Assembly (NCBI RefSeq): GCF_036365525.1
Contig: NC_090372.1
Location: 91,935,754 to 91,999,753, forward strand
From: Heterodontus francisci
Lineage: Eukaryota
Direction of reading: 5' to 3'
Length of the DNA stretch: 64,000 nt
In this document: piece after piece, positions 47,546 to 60,066 of the stretch
Layout: the number at the start of each line of letters is the position of its first letter
How positions within the stretch are numbered: position 1 is the stretch's first letter
The notes under the pieces: model-generated
The model's database searches: none
What the model was told of the DNA's origin: nothing
The model's input: only the letters and a program-made list of their open reading frames with translations
Position numbers and translations under genes: made by a program

Positions 47546-48956
47546 AGCAAAATACTGCGGATGCTGGAGCTCTGAAATGAGAACAGAAAGTGCCGGAAAT
47601 ACTCAGCCGGTCTGGCAGCATCTGTGTAGAGAGAAACAGAATTAACATTTCAGGTCTGTGACCCTTCATCAGAACTGGCAAAAGTTAGAAATGTAACAGT
47701 CTTTGAGCAACTGAAAGGGGGAGGGGGGGGAAAGAACAAGAAGGAAGGACTGCGATAGGACAGAGGGGAGAGAGATTAAATGACAGATGTCATGGAACAG
47801 AATACAAATGGCGTGCTAAATAGAGTGCTAATGGCAGAATAATGAACAGCTCTGTATGAAAGCAAAAACATGAAAAATAAGTTTAAGACCAGCAAATGGT
47901 TAAAAAAAATTAAATATATATAAACAAAAAATAATGGGGCTCATGGTCGACTGAAATTATTGAACTCAATATTGAGACCCGAAGGTTGTAGACTGCCTAA
48001 TTGGAAGATGAGGTGCTGTTCCTCTAGCTTACACTGATGTGGAATATTGCAGCAGACCGAGGACAGAAATGTGGGCATTTGAACAAGGTGCTGAATTAAA
48101 ACGGCAAGCAACCAGAAGCTCGAGATCATGCTTGCAGACTGAGCGAAGGTGTTCTACAAAGTGGTCACCCAATCTGCGTTTGGTCTCCCCAATGTAGAGA
48201 AGACCGCATTGTGAGCAGTGGATACAGTATACTAAGTTGAAAGAAGTAAAAGTAAATCACTGCTTCATCTGGAAGGAGTGTTTGGGGCCTTGGATGGTGA
48301 GAAGAGAGGAGGTAAAAGGGCAGATATTACACCTCCTGTGATTGCATGGGAAGGTGCTGTGGGAAAGGCTTGAGGTGTCAGGGGTGGCAGAGTGGACCAG
48401 GGTGTCGCAGAGGGAACGGTCCCTTCGGAATGCTGGCGGGAGGGGAGGGGAAGATGTATTTGGTGGTGGCATCACACTGGAGGTGGCGGAAATGGCAGAG
48501 GATGATCCTTTGGATGTGGAGGCTGGTGGGGTGGAAAGTAAGGACAAGGGGAACCCTGTCGCGGTTCTGGGAGGGAGGGGAAGGGTTGAGGGCAGAAGTG
48601 CGGGAAATGGGTCGGACACGGTCGAGGGTCCCGTCAACCTGTGTGGGAAAATCCTCGGTTGAGGAAAAAGGACATAACAGATGCACTGTTCTGGAAGGTT
48701 GCATCACCAGAACAGATGCGTCGGAGATGGAGAAACTGGGAGAATGGATTGGAGTTCTTACAGGCGGCAGGCTGTGAGGAGTGTAGTCAAGGTAGCTGTG
48801 GGAGTTGGTGGGCTTATAATAAATACGAGTGAACAGACTATCCCCAGATATGGAGGCAGAGAAGTCGAGGAGGGAAGGGAGGTGTCAGAGAGGAACTGTA
48901 GGAAGATGAGAGAAGGGTGGAAATTGGAAGCAAAGTTGATGACATTTTCCAGTTCC
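47546..48956 (-). mobile_element. Penelope-like 3' part in the last STK31 intron
   Basis: RVPLVLTFHP, CNHRRCNIC, GLNIEFNNF; 3' repeat with hammerhead motif at 47640-47676 (GAAAT variant). Confidence 0.87.
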
Positions 48957-49111
48957 AGAACAGCGCAGATCAGATCAGATGGGTTGCCTTAGGGACAAAT
49001 GCTGAAACTGAGCAGTTCAAGAGATAAATTTAACTCCCACCACCCTTCAAAATTAAGCTCCAAATCCCTTGCATTAAATCAGTCAATATTAATTGTTAAT
49101 ATGCATATACT

Positions 49112-49902
49112 GGCCTGGATTTTCCAGTCAGCAACGAAGGAACAGTACTTGCTGTTCATCTTGCTGATAGGTGCCCACAGACTTCTCTCAGGTTTTTAAG
49201 CAGCAACGTTCTGTCATCAGGCCCCCGATCCAGTGCAACACCCTCTACAACGGACCAGTGACATGTGTGAACAGGTCAAGCAACAGCGAGGTTCTTCAAC
49301 AAATCAGATTGAAGAATCCTCATTGAGACATGCAGGCCCCAATCTTGACTGAGGCAGGCTTTGTGTTGGGGGAGGGGAGGGAGAATGTGGGTGCAAGGAA
49401 ACCTGTTCAAGAAACCTGGAAGTCTGAGTTTCTCCACATGCTGTGGAGATTTTCTTTCAAGCAGGTACCCCATCCAGAAGCTTGGCTCCCTGTCAGGCGA
49501 AGAATGGTGCAGAGGAGGAGGCAGCCCACGAGCTATTAGGGAGCCCACTGCTGGATTAATGCGAGGATCTTGGATCCTGTCTGGGTCGTGGGTGGAGTCA
49601 AGGAAGCAGGTAAGCTTAGTGGCCTGAGAAGAAGCACTCTTGCTGCTCCTGGTCCACAAACAGTGCTGTAAATGCAATTACCATTTCCACAAAGCCGTCC
49701 TTGCTTACCTTTAACTGCCGGGTTAAACCTGGAAAATAGGCACGCAGACTCATTATAATATTTAAATAGTCAACCCACTCCTGGTTGTCCATTTCCCTTA
49801 AAACCAGAAGTGGTTGGGTTGGAGTCGAATTTGAGATTTAAAAAAATTTTAACCTGACACCTGGCCCTAACCCACCTATTTCTGTCACTAAAAATACTCC
49901 CG
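49112..49902. mobile_element. Probable old Harbinger-type non-autonomous element
   Basis: Starts GGCCTGGATTTTTC, ends AAAATACTCCC (degenerate TIR); GC-richer than flanks. Confidence 0.4.
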
Positions 49903-49942
49903 CAGAGTGTATACCAGGAAGTTTAAAATAAACTTCATTCAT

Positions 49943-50295
49943 GTTTAGTTTAGTTTAGTTTAGAGATACAGCACTGAAACAGGCCCTTCGGCCCACCGAG
50001 TCTGTGCCGACCATCAACCACCCATTTATACTAATCCTACACTAATTCCATATGCTTACCACATCCCCACCTGTCCCTATATTTCCCTACCACCTACCTA
50101 TACTCGGGGCAATTTATAATGTCCAATTAACCTATCAACCAGCAAGTCTTTGGCATGTGGGAGGAAACCGGAGCACCCGGAGGAAACCCACGCAGACACA
50201 GGGAGAACTTGCAAACTCCACACAGGCAGTACCCAGAAGTGAACCCGGGTCGCTGGAGCTGTGAGGCTGCGGTGCTAACCACTGCGCCACTGTGC
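49943..50295 (-). mobile_element. HE1-like V-SINE
   Basis: Minus strand: A box TGGCGCAGTGG, B box GGTTCACTTC, V-domain GGGTTTCCTCCGGGTGCTCCGGTTTCCTCCCAC, CR1-derived tail and (TAAAC)n; reverse complement of 61819-62169. Confidence 0.9.
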
Positions 50296-52117
50296 AGCAA
50301 TGTACAGCAAGTGAAATAGAGGGAAAAAGATGAGATTGAGAGAAATAAAACAGATCAAAGAAAATGTAAAAAAAAAGTATTTAACTCTCCAACAGTAATT
50401 AAATTCCGAAGGAGTGAGATTCCACACTTGTAAACTTAATTTTTCTGGGCCAGAGGCATTGTTTGGCAGTAATTATATCAAACCATTAAAAATTCATTTA
50501 CTAAATGCGCCAGCCCTAACGTTTTCTGCTATGTTTAGTGGGTAACTAGTGAGTAAACACTCCAACTTCATGCCCTTCATGTGTTTCAATGCTGAGTCCC
50601 TGGGTGAGATATTGTTTTATCGCAACCTGTGCAGGAGCAGGGTAACTCAGGCAGCAACTTCCAGATTTCCACATTTAACTGCTTGCGCGTGTATCCCGAA
50701 GTTGCTGTCTGACTTGCACTTCCTGACACAAAATACAGGCCGTTAAATTTCAAAAGATTCTTCATCTAAATACAATAAAAGGTGGATGTATATGTGCAAG
50801 ACATTATGGGTAAGCTAATTCAAACAAATATCAAATTTATATATATTCAAAATGCCTTCCGTACAGCCATAGCACAAGCCTGTTGCGTACATGAGGATGG
50901 AACCAAGTTTCAGGCCACAGCTGACTTCGTGTCACTGCATGCGACAGCCTTATGCTAGTGTCATCTCATGCCAGAGACTGCAGAAAGGTACAGCCAGTCA
51001 AGCAATGTTGGCTCTCGATCATGCTGGCGGGTGAGTTAGTCCATAGTGATACCACCAGGGTCTGCTGGGCAGCTTCATTTAGAAAAAGGAGCCACCACCA
51101 GCATAATACCTGCCAAAGCTGGTAAGTTCACTCCTTTGCAGATCAGGGGGTATAAATGTTAATGAATTGGCATGGAGAATTTCTCAGGCCCAATCTGCCT
51201 GTCATCCCTCAGTAGAGCTTCCTCTTCTTCCAAGCACCTCAGCTCAAAGAATGTCTATTGGCAAACTTACTGGTGCTAGTAAGAGGGCTGGGAGCAAAAA
51301 CAATTAATGACAACTGGCACAGTGACTCATGAAAGACTAAATGCCAGTTGGAAAAAAATTACAAGAACCCAGATAGGGTCCAGTTACCTGCACCACAGTG
51401 AACTCTTTAAACGTTCTCCTGACCAAAAGTCCGCCTCCAAGCCTCCTCCCTACCAGGTTTTCTAGGCAAGTTCAGAATGTGGCCTACACCGAATCCGTGG
51501 GCCGGAAAATGGAGAAGCAGTCTTCTCTACCTCATTTCAAAAACCTTAATGTAATTCATGCTTGCTTAGCACAGAGCTTCCAACATCTGATCAAAGCCAA
51601 ACTACAGAATACAGTGAGGCCAAAGCTAGGCAGCAATCATCAGAACTGGTTTCTGCCAGAAGTCATGCCTAGTCTGCACCCGAAATGGGGGTATACCAGA
51701 CACTAAAATGAATCTTGGGAATGTACAGTGAGATCCTGTAGCTTTTCTAATGACTTTGTGATTGACTATTTTTTTTTCCATTTCAGCTAAGTAAATTGAA
51801 TACTCAGGGTGTGCAAGTTTCAAAATCACAGGCTCATACAATTTATTAATGAATTGAAAATAATGATGGAAATAAACATTCATCTCATTTTGACAAAAGA
51901 CATAAGTTCCGCTGACTGGCTGCAGTTGTGGTCATACTGCACTGTAGAGAGTATAAATAGCAACAAATTCTACAACCTGGTCAATGTGGAAATATAGCTT
52001 CATAGAAATAAACTTGCTTGTAGTGGAGAAAAGACTGATGAGGCATGAGTCAACTCTTGAAGACTGTAAAAAAGTTATGAATTGAAACCAAACCTTATTA
52101 GCTACAAATTTGCTTAC

Positions 52118-52186
52118 CATACTTAGCTCACTAAGATCTGGAGTTCCACCAGGGTTTACTGTGAAGTCATTCTTGGGGAAATTCAA
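52118..52186 (-). CDS. STK31: STK31-like penultimate coding exon (69 nt)
   Basis: TTTGCAG|TTG...ATG|GTAAGC, phase 0/0; LNFPKNDFTVNPGGTPDLSELSM; splices in frame between the other two exons. Confidence 0.85.
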
Positions 52187-52206
52187 CTGCAAACGTATGA
52201 AACAAT

Positions 52207-53053
52207 TGTAAGAAATGGCTAACTAATAACCTTATAAAATCTTAAGAAAATTTATTGAAGATTATAAAAAGTTCTCTCTCTCTCTCTCAAGAAAGATTCT
52301 ATAGCTGGGCTGACAGACACAGGACAGCGTAGGCCTGTTATGTTTGCCAAGGACATGACTCCAGCACAGGCTCTGAAACAGGACATTCCGAAAGCCTGAT
52401 AAGATGGGATCTCATGACCCATATCTAAATCAACTGTCTGAGCAAAGGTTAAACAGGATGGTCGAGCAAGCGATGAGCCATGAGATGATTTCATGGGCAC
52501 CGGACGGAATATCTGTCCCTTGCTAAATGGACGACTGAATAAGTGATTGAAATGTGACAACCACGAGTCCTTAGAAATAAAGTATATAAACAGATGCTTG
52601 GAAAGGAAATAGTCTTTGTCAGATAGAAAAAAGCTTCTCAAGGTGGATCTATGCTGACTCCAGCCTAACCCCCTGGCTAGCTCAAGAAGACTGAGAGCAG
52701 AAGAGACTGTCACCGCCAGCTACGGAGATCAGCATCATTTGGTTCCTCCATTCATTCGTCCAATCCGGGACCAGTAAACTGTTCTGAGGAGACTGTCACC
52801 TTCAACTACGGAGATCAGCACGGCCTTCTTTCCCCATCTGTTCATCCGATCGGAGACCGATAGGTAGACCGTTCTCAACTATTACGGGTTGAAAGTCTTT
52901 GCTGCCTACTTAGCTTTTGCATCATTATATTTAAACTGCTGCCTCTAAATATGTGTTATATTTAAGCTGTTGCTTCTTAATAAACTACCTTAAAATCACA
53001 GTATGAGCTCAACCCCCTTCTTTGGGTATCTCTGACCAAACCTAAATCTTACA
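52207..53053 (+). mobile_element. Solo LTR (ERV-like, 847 bp), antisense in an STK31 intron
   Basis: 7-bp inverted termini TGTAAGA/TCTTACA; flanks CAAT/TAAT (4-bp TSD, 1 mismatch); TATATAAA near 52584; AATAAA near 52979; internal ~80-bp direct repeat GAGACTGTCACC..CTACGGAGATCAGCA. Confidence 0.8.
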
Positions 53054-53099
53054 TAATATAACAGTTTCAAATTTAAGCATTTTGTCCTCCCATTAATTA

Positions 53100-54200
53100 G
53101 GAACCTAGGAAGATGAGTAGGCCACTTGGCCCCTCCGGCCTGTTTTGCCATTCAGTGAGACCATGGCTGATCTGTGACCTATCTCCGTATACCTGCTTTT
53201 GCCCCATATCTCTTAATAGCTTTGGTTAACAGAAATCTATTAATCACAGATTTAAAAATAAGAACTGATCCAGCATCGACTGCCGTTTGCTGAAGAGAGT
53301 TTCAAACTTCCACCACCCTTTGCATGTAGAAGTGTTTCCTAACTTCACTCCTGAAAGACCTGGCTCTAATTTTCAGGCTACATCCCCTATAATTTCTCTC
53401 TATCCACCCAATCAGCTCTCCTGAATATCTTGAAAACTTCAGTCAAATCACATTTTAATCTTCTAAATTCTAGGGAATACAACCCTAGTTTGTGTACTCT
53501 CATAATTTAACCGTTGGAGTCTAAGTATCATTCTGCTAAATCTATGCTGCACTCCCTGCAAGAGCAACATATCCTTCCTAACGTGTGGTGCCCAGAACTG
53601 AACGCAAAACTCCAGGTGTGGTCTTTGCATAGCTGTATCATGACTTCTACCCCCTTGTATTTTAGTCCTCTAGATAGAAAAGCCAGCATTCATTAGCATT
53701 TTTGACTTTTTTTTTGTACTTGTCAATGACATTTTAATGATCTATGTAATTGGAACCCCAAGTCTCTTTGGACCTCTACTGCTTCTAGCTTTTCACCACT
53801 TACTATCGATATTTCTTTGTACTTTTATGGTGCCATCCACACTGCTTATAATGTCACCTATCTTTGGATCATTGACAAACTTAGATATGTGACACCCTAT
53901 CCTGCCATCAGCCATTAATAAATACAGTGAATAGTTGAAGCCCAACACAAATCAGTGGGATGCCCATTAACCCAATCTCTGTCTCCTGCTGCTCAGCCAA
54001 TCACCGAACCAGGTCAACAAGTTGCCTTCAATTCCATGGGCTTCAACTTTAGCTAACAGTCTCTTACGAGGAACTTTTATCAAATGCCTTCTGGGAGTCC
54101 ATATCAATAACAGCCATAGATATTCCCATAACCATTATTTTAGTCACCTTTTCAAAAAAAAATCAATCATGGTTGGTCAGGCAAGACATATCCTTTACAA
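53100..54200 (-). mobile_element. Degraded CR1 3' part
   Basis: AFDKSS-like and HLEFCVQFWAP remnants and CR1 tail on the minus strand. Confidence 0.75.
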
Positions 54201-54232
54201 ATTCATTACATTTAATATCAATTAGAACATAC

Positions 54233-54358
54233 CCACAAAAGCAGGCATCCATAAGCAAAAACATCAGTTGCAGGGACAGCAGATTGGCCACTTCTGACTT
54301 CCGGGGCTACAAGATCTAGTTTATCTGCTACCATCCAGCTAACAATATTACGCTGATC
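54233..54358 (-). CDS. STK31: STK31-like exon encoding kinase subdomains VIII-IX (126 nt)
   Basis: TATGTAG|GAT...TGG|GTATGT, phase 0/0; DQRNIVSWMVADKLDLVAPEVRSGQSAVPATDVFAYGCLLLW, resembling my recollection of human STK31 SQRASVNMMVGDLSLMSPELKMGKPASPGSDLYAYGCLLLW. No upstream exon found in the window. Confidence 0.9.
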
Positions 54359-54404
54359 CTACATATGTAAAAAATGTGGTTACATTTATGGAATACATCA
54401 CATT

Positions 54405-54530
54405 TCAATTACATTACATTCCTACATTACGATAGTGACTACAGTTCATGAGCTTTTCATTGGCTGTAAAGTGCTTTGGAACATCCTGAGGTCATGAAAG
54501 GCGCTATATAAATGCAAGTCTTTCTCTTTT
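54405..54530 (+). mobile_element. DeuSINE/L2-type 3' tail fragment
   Basis: TTCATTGGCTGTAAAGTGCTTTGG..GAAAGGCGCTATATAAATGCAAGTCTTTC. Confidence 0.7.
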
Positions 54531-54773
54531 TGGAATAGGTACTTAACTCTTCACAAAAGATTTATTTCTTTGCTCCGTTAAGTGAAGTTTATACGTTTTT
54601 CAATCTATAGCAACACACAACAATTCCTTACTGCTGAAATTTATATTAACTTGTTTATAGTGACAAATGGAAGTCAAATTGGTCAGAAATTGAACTTGTT
54701 GCCACAACAAAAATCCAAAATTGGCCATTTCTGAATTGACTCCAGGAAAACAAGTTTCACCAGATGTAGTTCT

Positions 54774-54975
54774 TTTTAATTCATTCACGAGATATGGGCA
54801 CCACTGGCAATGTCAGCATTTATTGTCGGTCCCTAATTGCCCTTCGAAGGTGGTGGTGAGCTGAACCGCTCCAGTCTATGTGGTGTAAGTACACCCAAAG
54901 TGTTGTTAGGGAGGGATATCCAGGATTTTGATCTAGCGACAGTGAAGCTGTGGCAATATATTTCCAAGTTGAGAG
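54774..54975 (-). mobile_element. 3' end of the same LINE family as 2295-5579
   Basis: Reverse complement of ~5375-5575 (AAGGGCAATTAGGGA..AATAAATGCTG..GCCCATATC). Confidence 0.8.
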
Positions 54976-55739
54976 ACAAGAGGATAAATAGGTAGATAGA
55001 CAAAGTTATTAAAACTCCAGTACTATAAATATCGCAGATAACATCCTGATTGTCAACATTCACTTTGTCCACTGCCAACAAACTCAGTCCAAATCACAGA
55101 ATGTCACAGTATTGAAGCAGACCAGTCTATGGTGGAATTTTCCTCTGCATGAGCCATCTAGTCTTAACTCACTCTCCTACTGGCTTCTTGTATACCAGAC
55201 CTTTACAGAAGCCATGAGGCCAATTTGGCCCAGAGTACATGCTCTGGCTCTTTGAATGAGTTAAGTCCACTTAGCTGCATTTCCATGCTTTTTCCTAATA
55301 AAAATACAGCAACCAAATGTGATGGAAATAGTATGACAACAGCAAGTGATTGCTATATGCAAAACATACACTAGTCAACCTTCCATGGTGTTGTATATAG
55401 GGAGTCAAGACCAAGGGCTGAACTTTCACCACGGAGGCAGGAAACAGAAGCCGGGTCTGTTTTTGGGTCAGAAACTCACCTCTGGCGAGAACCTATTAAA
55501 GTTCAGATTTTTGCATGGGGAAGCCCTTAATTGGTAAGGAGATAGATTTCCTGTCCACTTAGAGCCACTGGGAGGGGGGACTGTGGGAACAAAGGTGGGT
55601 CAGATGAAGTGTAGGACTCATTCAGACTCCCACAGCAGCCATCACTGAGGTTGCTGGTTGCCCTGAGGGCGAGAGCTGCCAAAGCCTTCCAATGCACCAG
55701 AGGGAAGTATAATATCAAAGGGGGCTGGAGGCCTGGCAC

Positions 55740-55830
55740 CCAGGGCAGGGCAGTTCCACGCTTCATCGATGCCAACCTGGATCTAATGCTGGACGCTGTG
55801 AGAGACAGGAGGGGCGTCCTCTTCCTGGAG
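55740..55830 (+). pseudogene. Harbinger Myb/SANT-like ORF, N-terminal remnant
   Basis: GRAVPRFIDANLDLMLDAVRDRRGVLF. Confidence 0.65.
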
Positions 55831-56289
55831 AGGGAAGAGCAAGGGCACTTCTCTGTTCAAAGTCACCTCCTCCTTCTGCTTCACCCCCGATGAGCTCTCT
55901 CCTTCCAGGGCCTCATTGCCCTCAAGGTCCACACCTCTCTGGAGGGCCATGTAATGGAGAGCTCAGCAGACCACCACAATGACCCTGAAAAAATGTGATA
56001 TTTTCACTGATTCATGGGAATCTCTTGCCTGAGACCATCCAAAATGGAGAAGAAGCATCCACGAAGATGCTAGCCAGTTCAAACCATGGCGAAATGCCCA
56101 GGCAGCGACCAAGTGCAAACAGCGGAAGGAGCATTCGGAATTTCGAGCATCCCATTCACTCGCCTCACCAAACACCACCTGCCCCATCTGTGGCAGAGTG
56201 TGCGGATCCAGAATTGGACTATTCAGTCACCCAAGGACCCACAACCCGAGAATGGAAGAAAGTCATCCTCATTCCTGAGGGACTGCCTG

Positions 56290-57162
56290 AGAAGAGAAGA
56301 CAACAATGACGGAGACCTTTGCAGGAGGGTACTGGAGGGCGCCACCTAACTGCTCCAAGCACCAGAATAGCATCTTCAGAAGCCTGATAGCCTGCTCAAT
56401 GGTTCTCTTACTGAGCAGGTGGCATTGGTTGTATTGCCTGTCTGGGGCTCCTGCAGAGGGGTCAGTTGCCATCTCTTCAAGGGATGTCCCTTGTGCCCTA
56501 GGATCTATCCATGCACTTTGGGGGTTGAAGTGAAGATCTGCCGCACCCTGGACAGGTGGAGGATGAAGGAGTCATGGCAACTGTCAGGAAAGTGAGCGCA
56601 CACATGGAGGAAGCTCTTGTTGTGGTCGCAGATCAGTTGCATGTTGAGGGAGTGGCAGCCCTTCCTGTTGATGGATCTCACTGGCTGGTCGCTGGGTGCC
56701 TTAATGGCCACATGGGTGCAATTGATGATGTCCCACACCTGGGGAATTCAGCAACAAAACTCAATGCCCTGGCAAAGAGGGCATCAGTGACCAGCGAGAT
56801 GCAGTGGTGTGTTGCTGCTTGCTTGATGTCACTAAGGTTCACCGCAGATCCTTAGAAGGAGCCAGAAGCGAAGAAGTTCAAGGTCACAGTTTCTTTGACA
56901 GCTACTGCCAGGGCATGACGACCAATGCTGCGAGCTTTTTGGCGAAGAGGTCACAGATGTCTGTGACCATCTGCCTGGAGATATGCAGTATCCTGCGGCA
57001 CTGGGTCTCTGACAGCTCCAGGTAGCTCCATCTTCGGACGTAGATCCTGTGGTGAAGGTATGGCCTCCGTGACCTTCCTGCCCCTCTTTTCTTTCCTGTG
57101 CCCTCCTGCTGCTGCAGGCCTTTCCTGCAGAGGGCATTGACCCTCCTCTCCACTGGGTCCAA
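56290..57162 (-). pseudogene. HARBI1-type DDE transposase, disrupted
   Basis: SYLELSETQCRRILHISRQMVTDIC; IINCTHVAIKAP..INRKGCHSLNMQLICDH..HFPDSCHDSFIL; YNQCHLLSKRTIEQAIRLLKMLFWCL..GGALQYPP. Confidence 0.88.
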
Positions 57163-60066
57163 AATCTGAGAGCCGTGCCCCCATTGTCAGCTGCAGCTTT
57201 CCTTCTGGGCAGGTGGCTCCCCAACTGTCCTTGGCAGCCTTGCCCCCTGCTCTTATGCACCTGTGATGCCAGGGCAGGGAGCGCCGACCCTTGTTCAATG
57301 CCCGTGTCCTGAGTGCCCACTCTCCCAGCCATCTGCACAACGCCAAGGTCACCCCGTTACTAACAGCTGAATCCCCCTTTGCCCTGTTGACCCATTTATG
57401 TGGCCAGGGAGTTGCTGCCTCCCCTCAAATGATCTGTTTCTGAAGGCATGAGCATCCTGTGCTCCCCTTTAAAATTTCAAGTTCAAACACCAACAAGCTC
57501 TTAATGAGCTTTTCAACAGCTTTCAACAAGGAGTGGGATTCCTGTCCCAACCTGGTGATTATTGCCAGTTTCGAGATCAGGGTCTTGAAACTGACATGCT
57601 GCCTGCCGCCAGTATTTTCAGGGCCCCCCCCGGCCTCCATTCCAGACATCGGGGGGCCCTGCAAATTCAGCCCCAAGTGTCATCTTCAAGTAAAGGTTGG
57701 CTAGAGGACAGGGATAATCAGACCAGGGCCTGCAAAGATAATTCAGTCCACAATTTAAAGTCATGCATTCTCGCCTTGTTCATAAAATCATGTTATAAAT
57801 TTCTTTGTCCACATTTATACTTTAAGCAACCTAAGTAAACTGGTCACACTGTAATTATAGTGATCTACTAGTGGTGACACTGCAGGACTTCCACATGTTG
57901 TAATTAAATAACTGGTGTAATTAAGGTAAACAAGTTTGCATAGACAATTTCTATTCTAAAGGTAGAAACAGGAATCTATACTTAAAAACTTTTTGCAAGA
58001 CATGAAACGTTATTTATTATACACAAACACAATGATGTCTGTTGCATTGCTCATAATTAAGAGACTTCACTGGTTTGTAATAAATAGGGGTATTCATGTA
58101 ATTTAAGGGATGACATGAGGGCCACTGATCTATAGTAACTAAATAAATCAATCCTTTCAAAAATTAAATTGTATACTGGATTTTTACTGGTGCTTTGTGG
58201 ACTGAACTTCACAACTCTGACCATTACTTAATGAAAATCAAGTAAGTAGCCTTTGTTTTTGATCTTTTTTTTTAGCCCTGTATTTATTTTTTAAAGCAGA
58301 TAATACATATCAAGATAGTAAGCAAGATGCCCCAATTACAGCTGTATATCTGGTATTTAGCAGGGAGGAGGAAATGGAGTTCAGTTGTCCTTGGGAGTCC
58401 AGGACTTTGGTTGCACTGGAGATGCTCCTGGGATTTGGTAGAATTGGGGTGGGGGTCTTCAAGCTTAACAGTACTGCAGTAGAATCTGGAATTTTATGCC
58501 AAATCTAAGAAATTCTTGTGCTGCTAGTGTGGAGGGCAAACCTGAGATTTGACACAACGGGGAGTGGAATGTGATATTTCACTCACTGGTGGATTCCTGA
58601 GGAACAAATTTCATATGTATGGCATTGGAAACTGATTGCCTCCTGGGGGTGTGCGCTGCACTACCAGCCACTTGGGTGTCACCCATGTGACGCACCATCT
58701 TGAGAAGCAACTGAACTGGTCCTATCTTGACATCACACAGCTATAGTGGCTGATATGGCATCCATTTTCCAAATTTGGACCACACATTCAACAAATTTGT
58801 ACGTGATTCAACAAAGATCAAGTATTGAGCTTCAAAACGGGCCCAGCACTAGTGTTATTTAAAGGGCCAGGCACCCAACTTGAAGGTAAAGCAATTTTGA
58901 ATAATATTTGTTATTGCAAACTGTCTGAAAGTGCTCTGGTGTGTTTTTGGAGGTGTTTTGGTAAGTTCCTGGATTTGGCAGGGAGTGTTGCTGCATCCTC
59001 ATTGGAAAAGCAGAGGATTAGGTGACTTGTACACACAAAGGCTGTAACAGGTATGGGGCAGCAGGGCCAGTGCCTCTGGGTCTGCAGCACGACATGGAAA
59101 TGGAGCAGAGGCTGCCGAGAGAGCAAGCTTTGTGCAATGAGAGTGCTAGTGGCTGCAAGTATCAGATCAAGTGATGAGGCCTCTTCATCAGTGCAGTGCT
59201 GTTGCTTTCTCTCCTCCTGCTGGGGCTACTGTGGCTAGGCACCTGAAGACTTGTGCTCCAAAGTTAGCTGTGCCTGTGGCCAATCTGCTCAAATACAGCT
59301 ACAATGCTGGTACCTTACCTGACAATATGGAAAAACTGCACAGGTATGTTGCATCCACTAAAAGCAGGACAAATCCAATTCAGCCAAATACCACCCAATC
59401 AGCCAACTCTCAAGCGTCAGTGAAGTGATGAAAGATGCCGTCAACAGTGCTACCAAGCCGCACTTACTCACCAACATCCTGCTCACTGATGCTCAGTTTG
59501 GGTTTCACTAGGATAACTCAGCTCCAGACCTCATTATAGCCTTGGTCCAAACATAGATAAATGAGCTAAATTCCAGAGGTTAGGTAATAGTGACTGCCCT
59601 TGACATCAAGACTGAATGTGTCATCAAGGAGCACTCTCCACTGGTTATAGTCATACCTAGCACAAAAGGAAGACAGTTGTGGCTGTTGGAGGCCAATCAT
59701 CTCAATCCTAGGACATCGCTACAGGAGTTCCTCAGGGCTAGGCCCAAGCTTCTTCAGCTGCTTCATTAATGACTGTCCCTTCATTATAAGGCCAGAAGTA
59801 GGGATGTTCGCTAAAGATTGTAGAATTCAGTTCCATTCTGAATTCCTTGGATAACGAAGCAGTTCGTGCCCGAATGCAGCAAGACCCGAACAAGAGGCAA
59901 GTAGCATTCGCACTACACATTCTAGACAATGACCTTCTCCATCATGTGAGAGTCTAACCACTTCCTCTTGACATTCAACAGCATTACCATTGCCTAATTC
60001 CCTCACCATCAACATCTTGGGGATAACCGTTGACAAGAAACTCAACGGGACCAGTCACATATATAA

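Larger units (their letters stand above)
55415..57673. mobile_element. PIF/Harbinger DNA transposon with internal deletions
   Basis: TIR GGGCTGAA(C/T)TT at both ends; perfect 3-bp TSD CAA (55412-55414 / 57674-57676); transposase on the minus strand and Myb-like ORF start on the plus strand. Confidence 0.9.
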
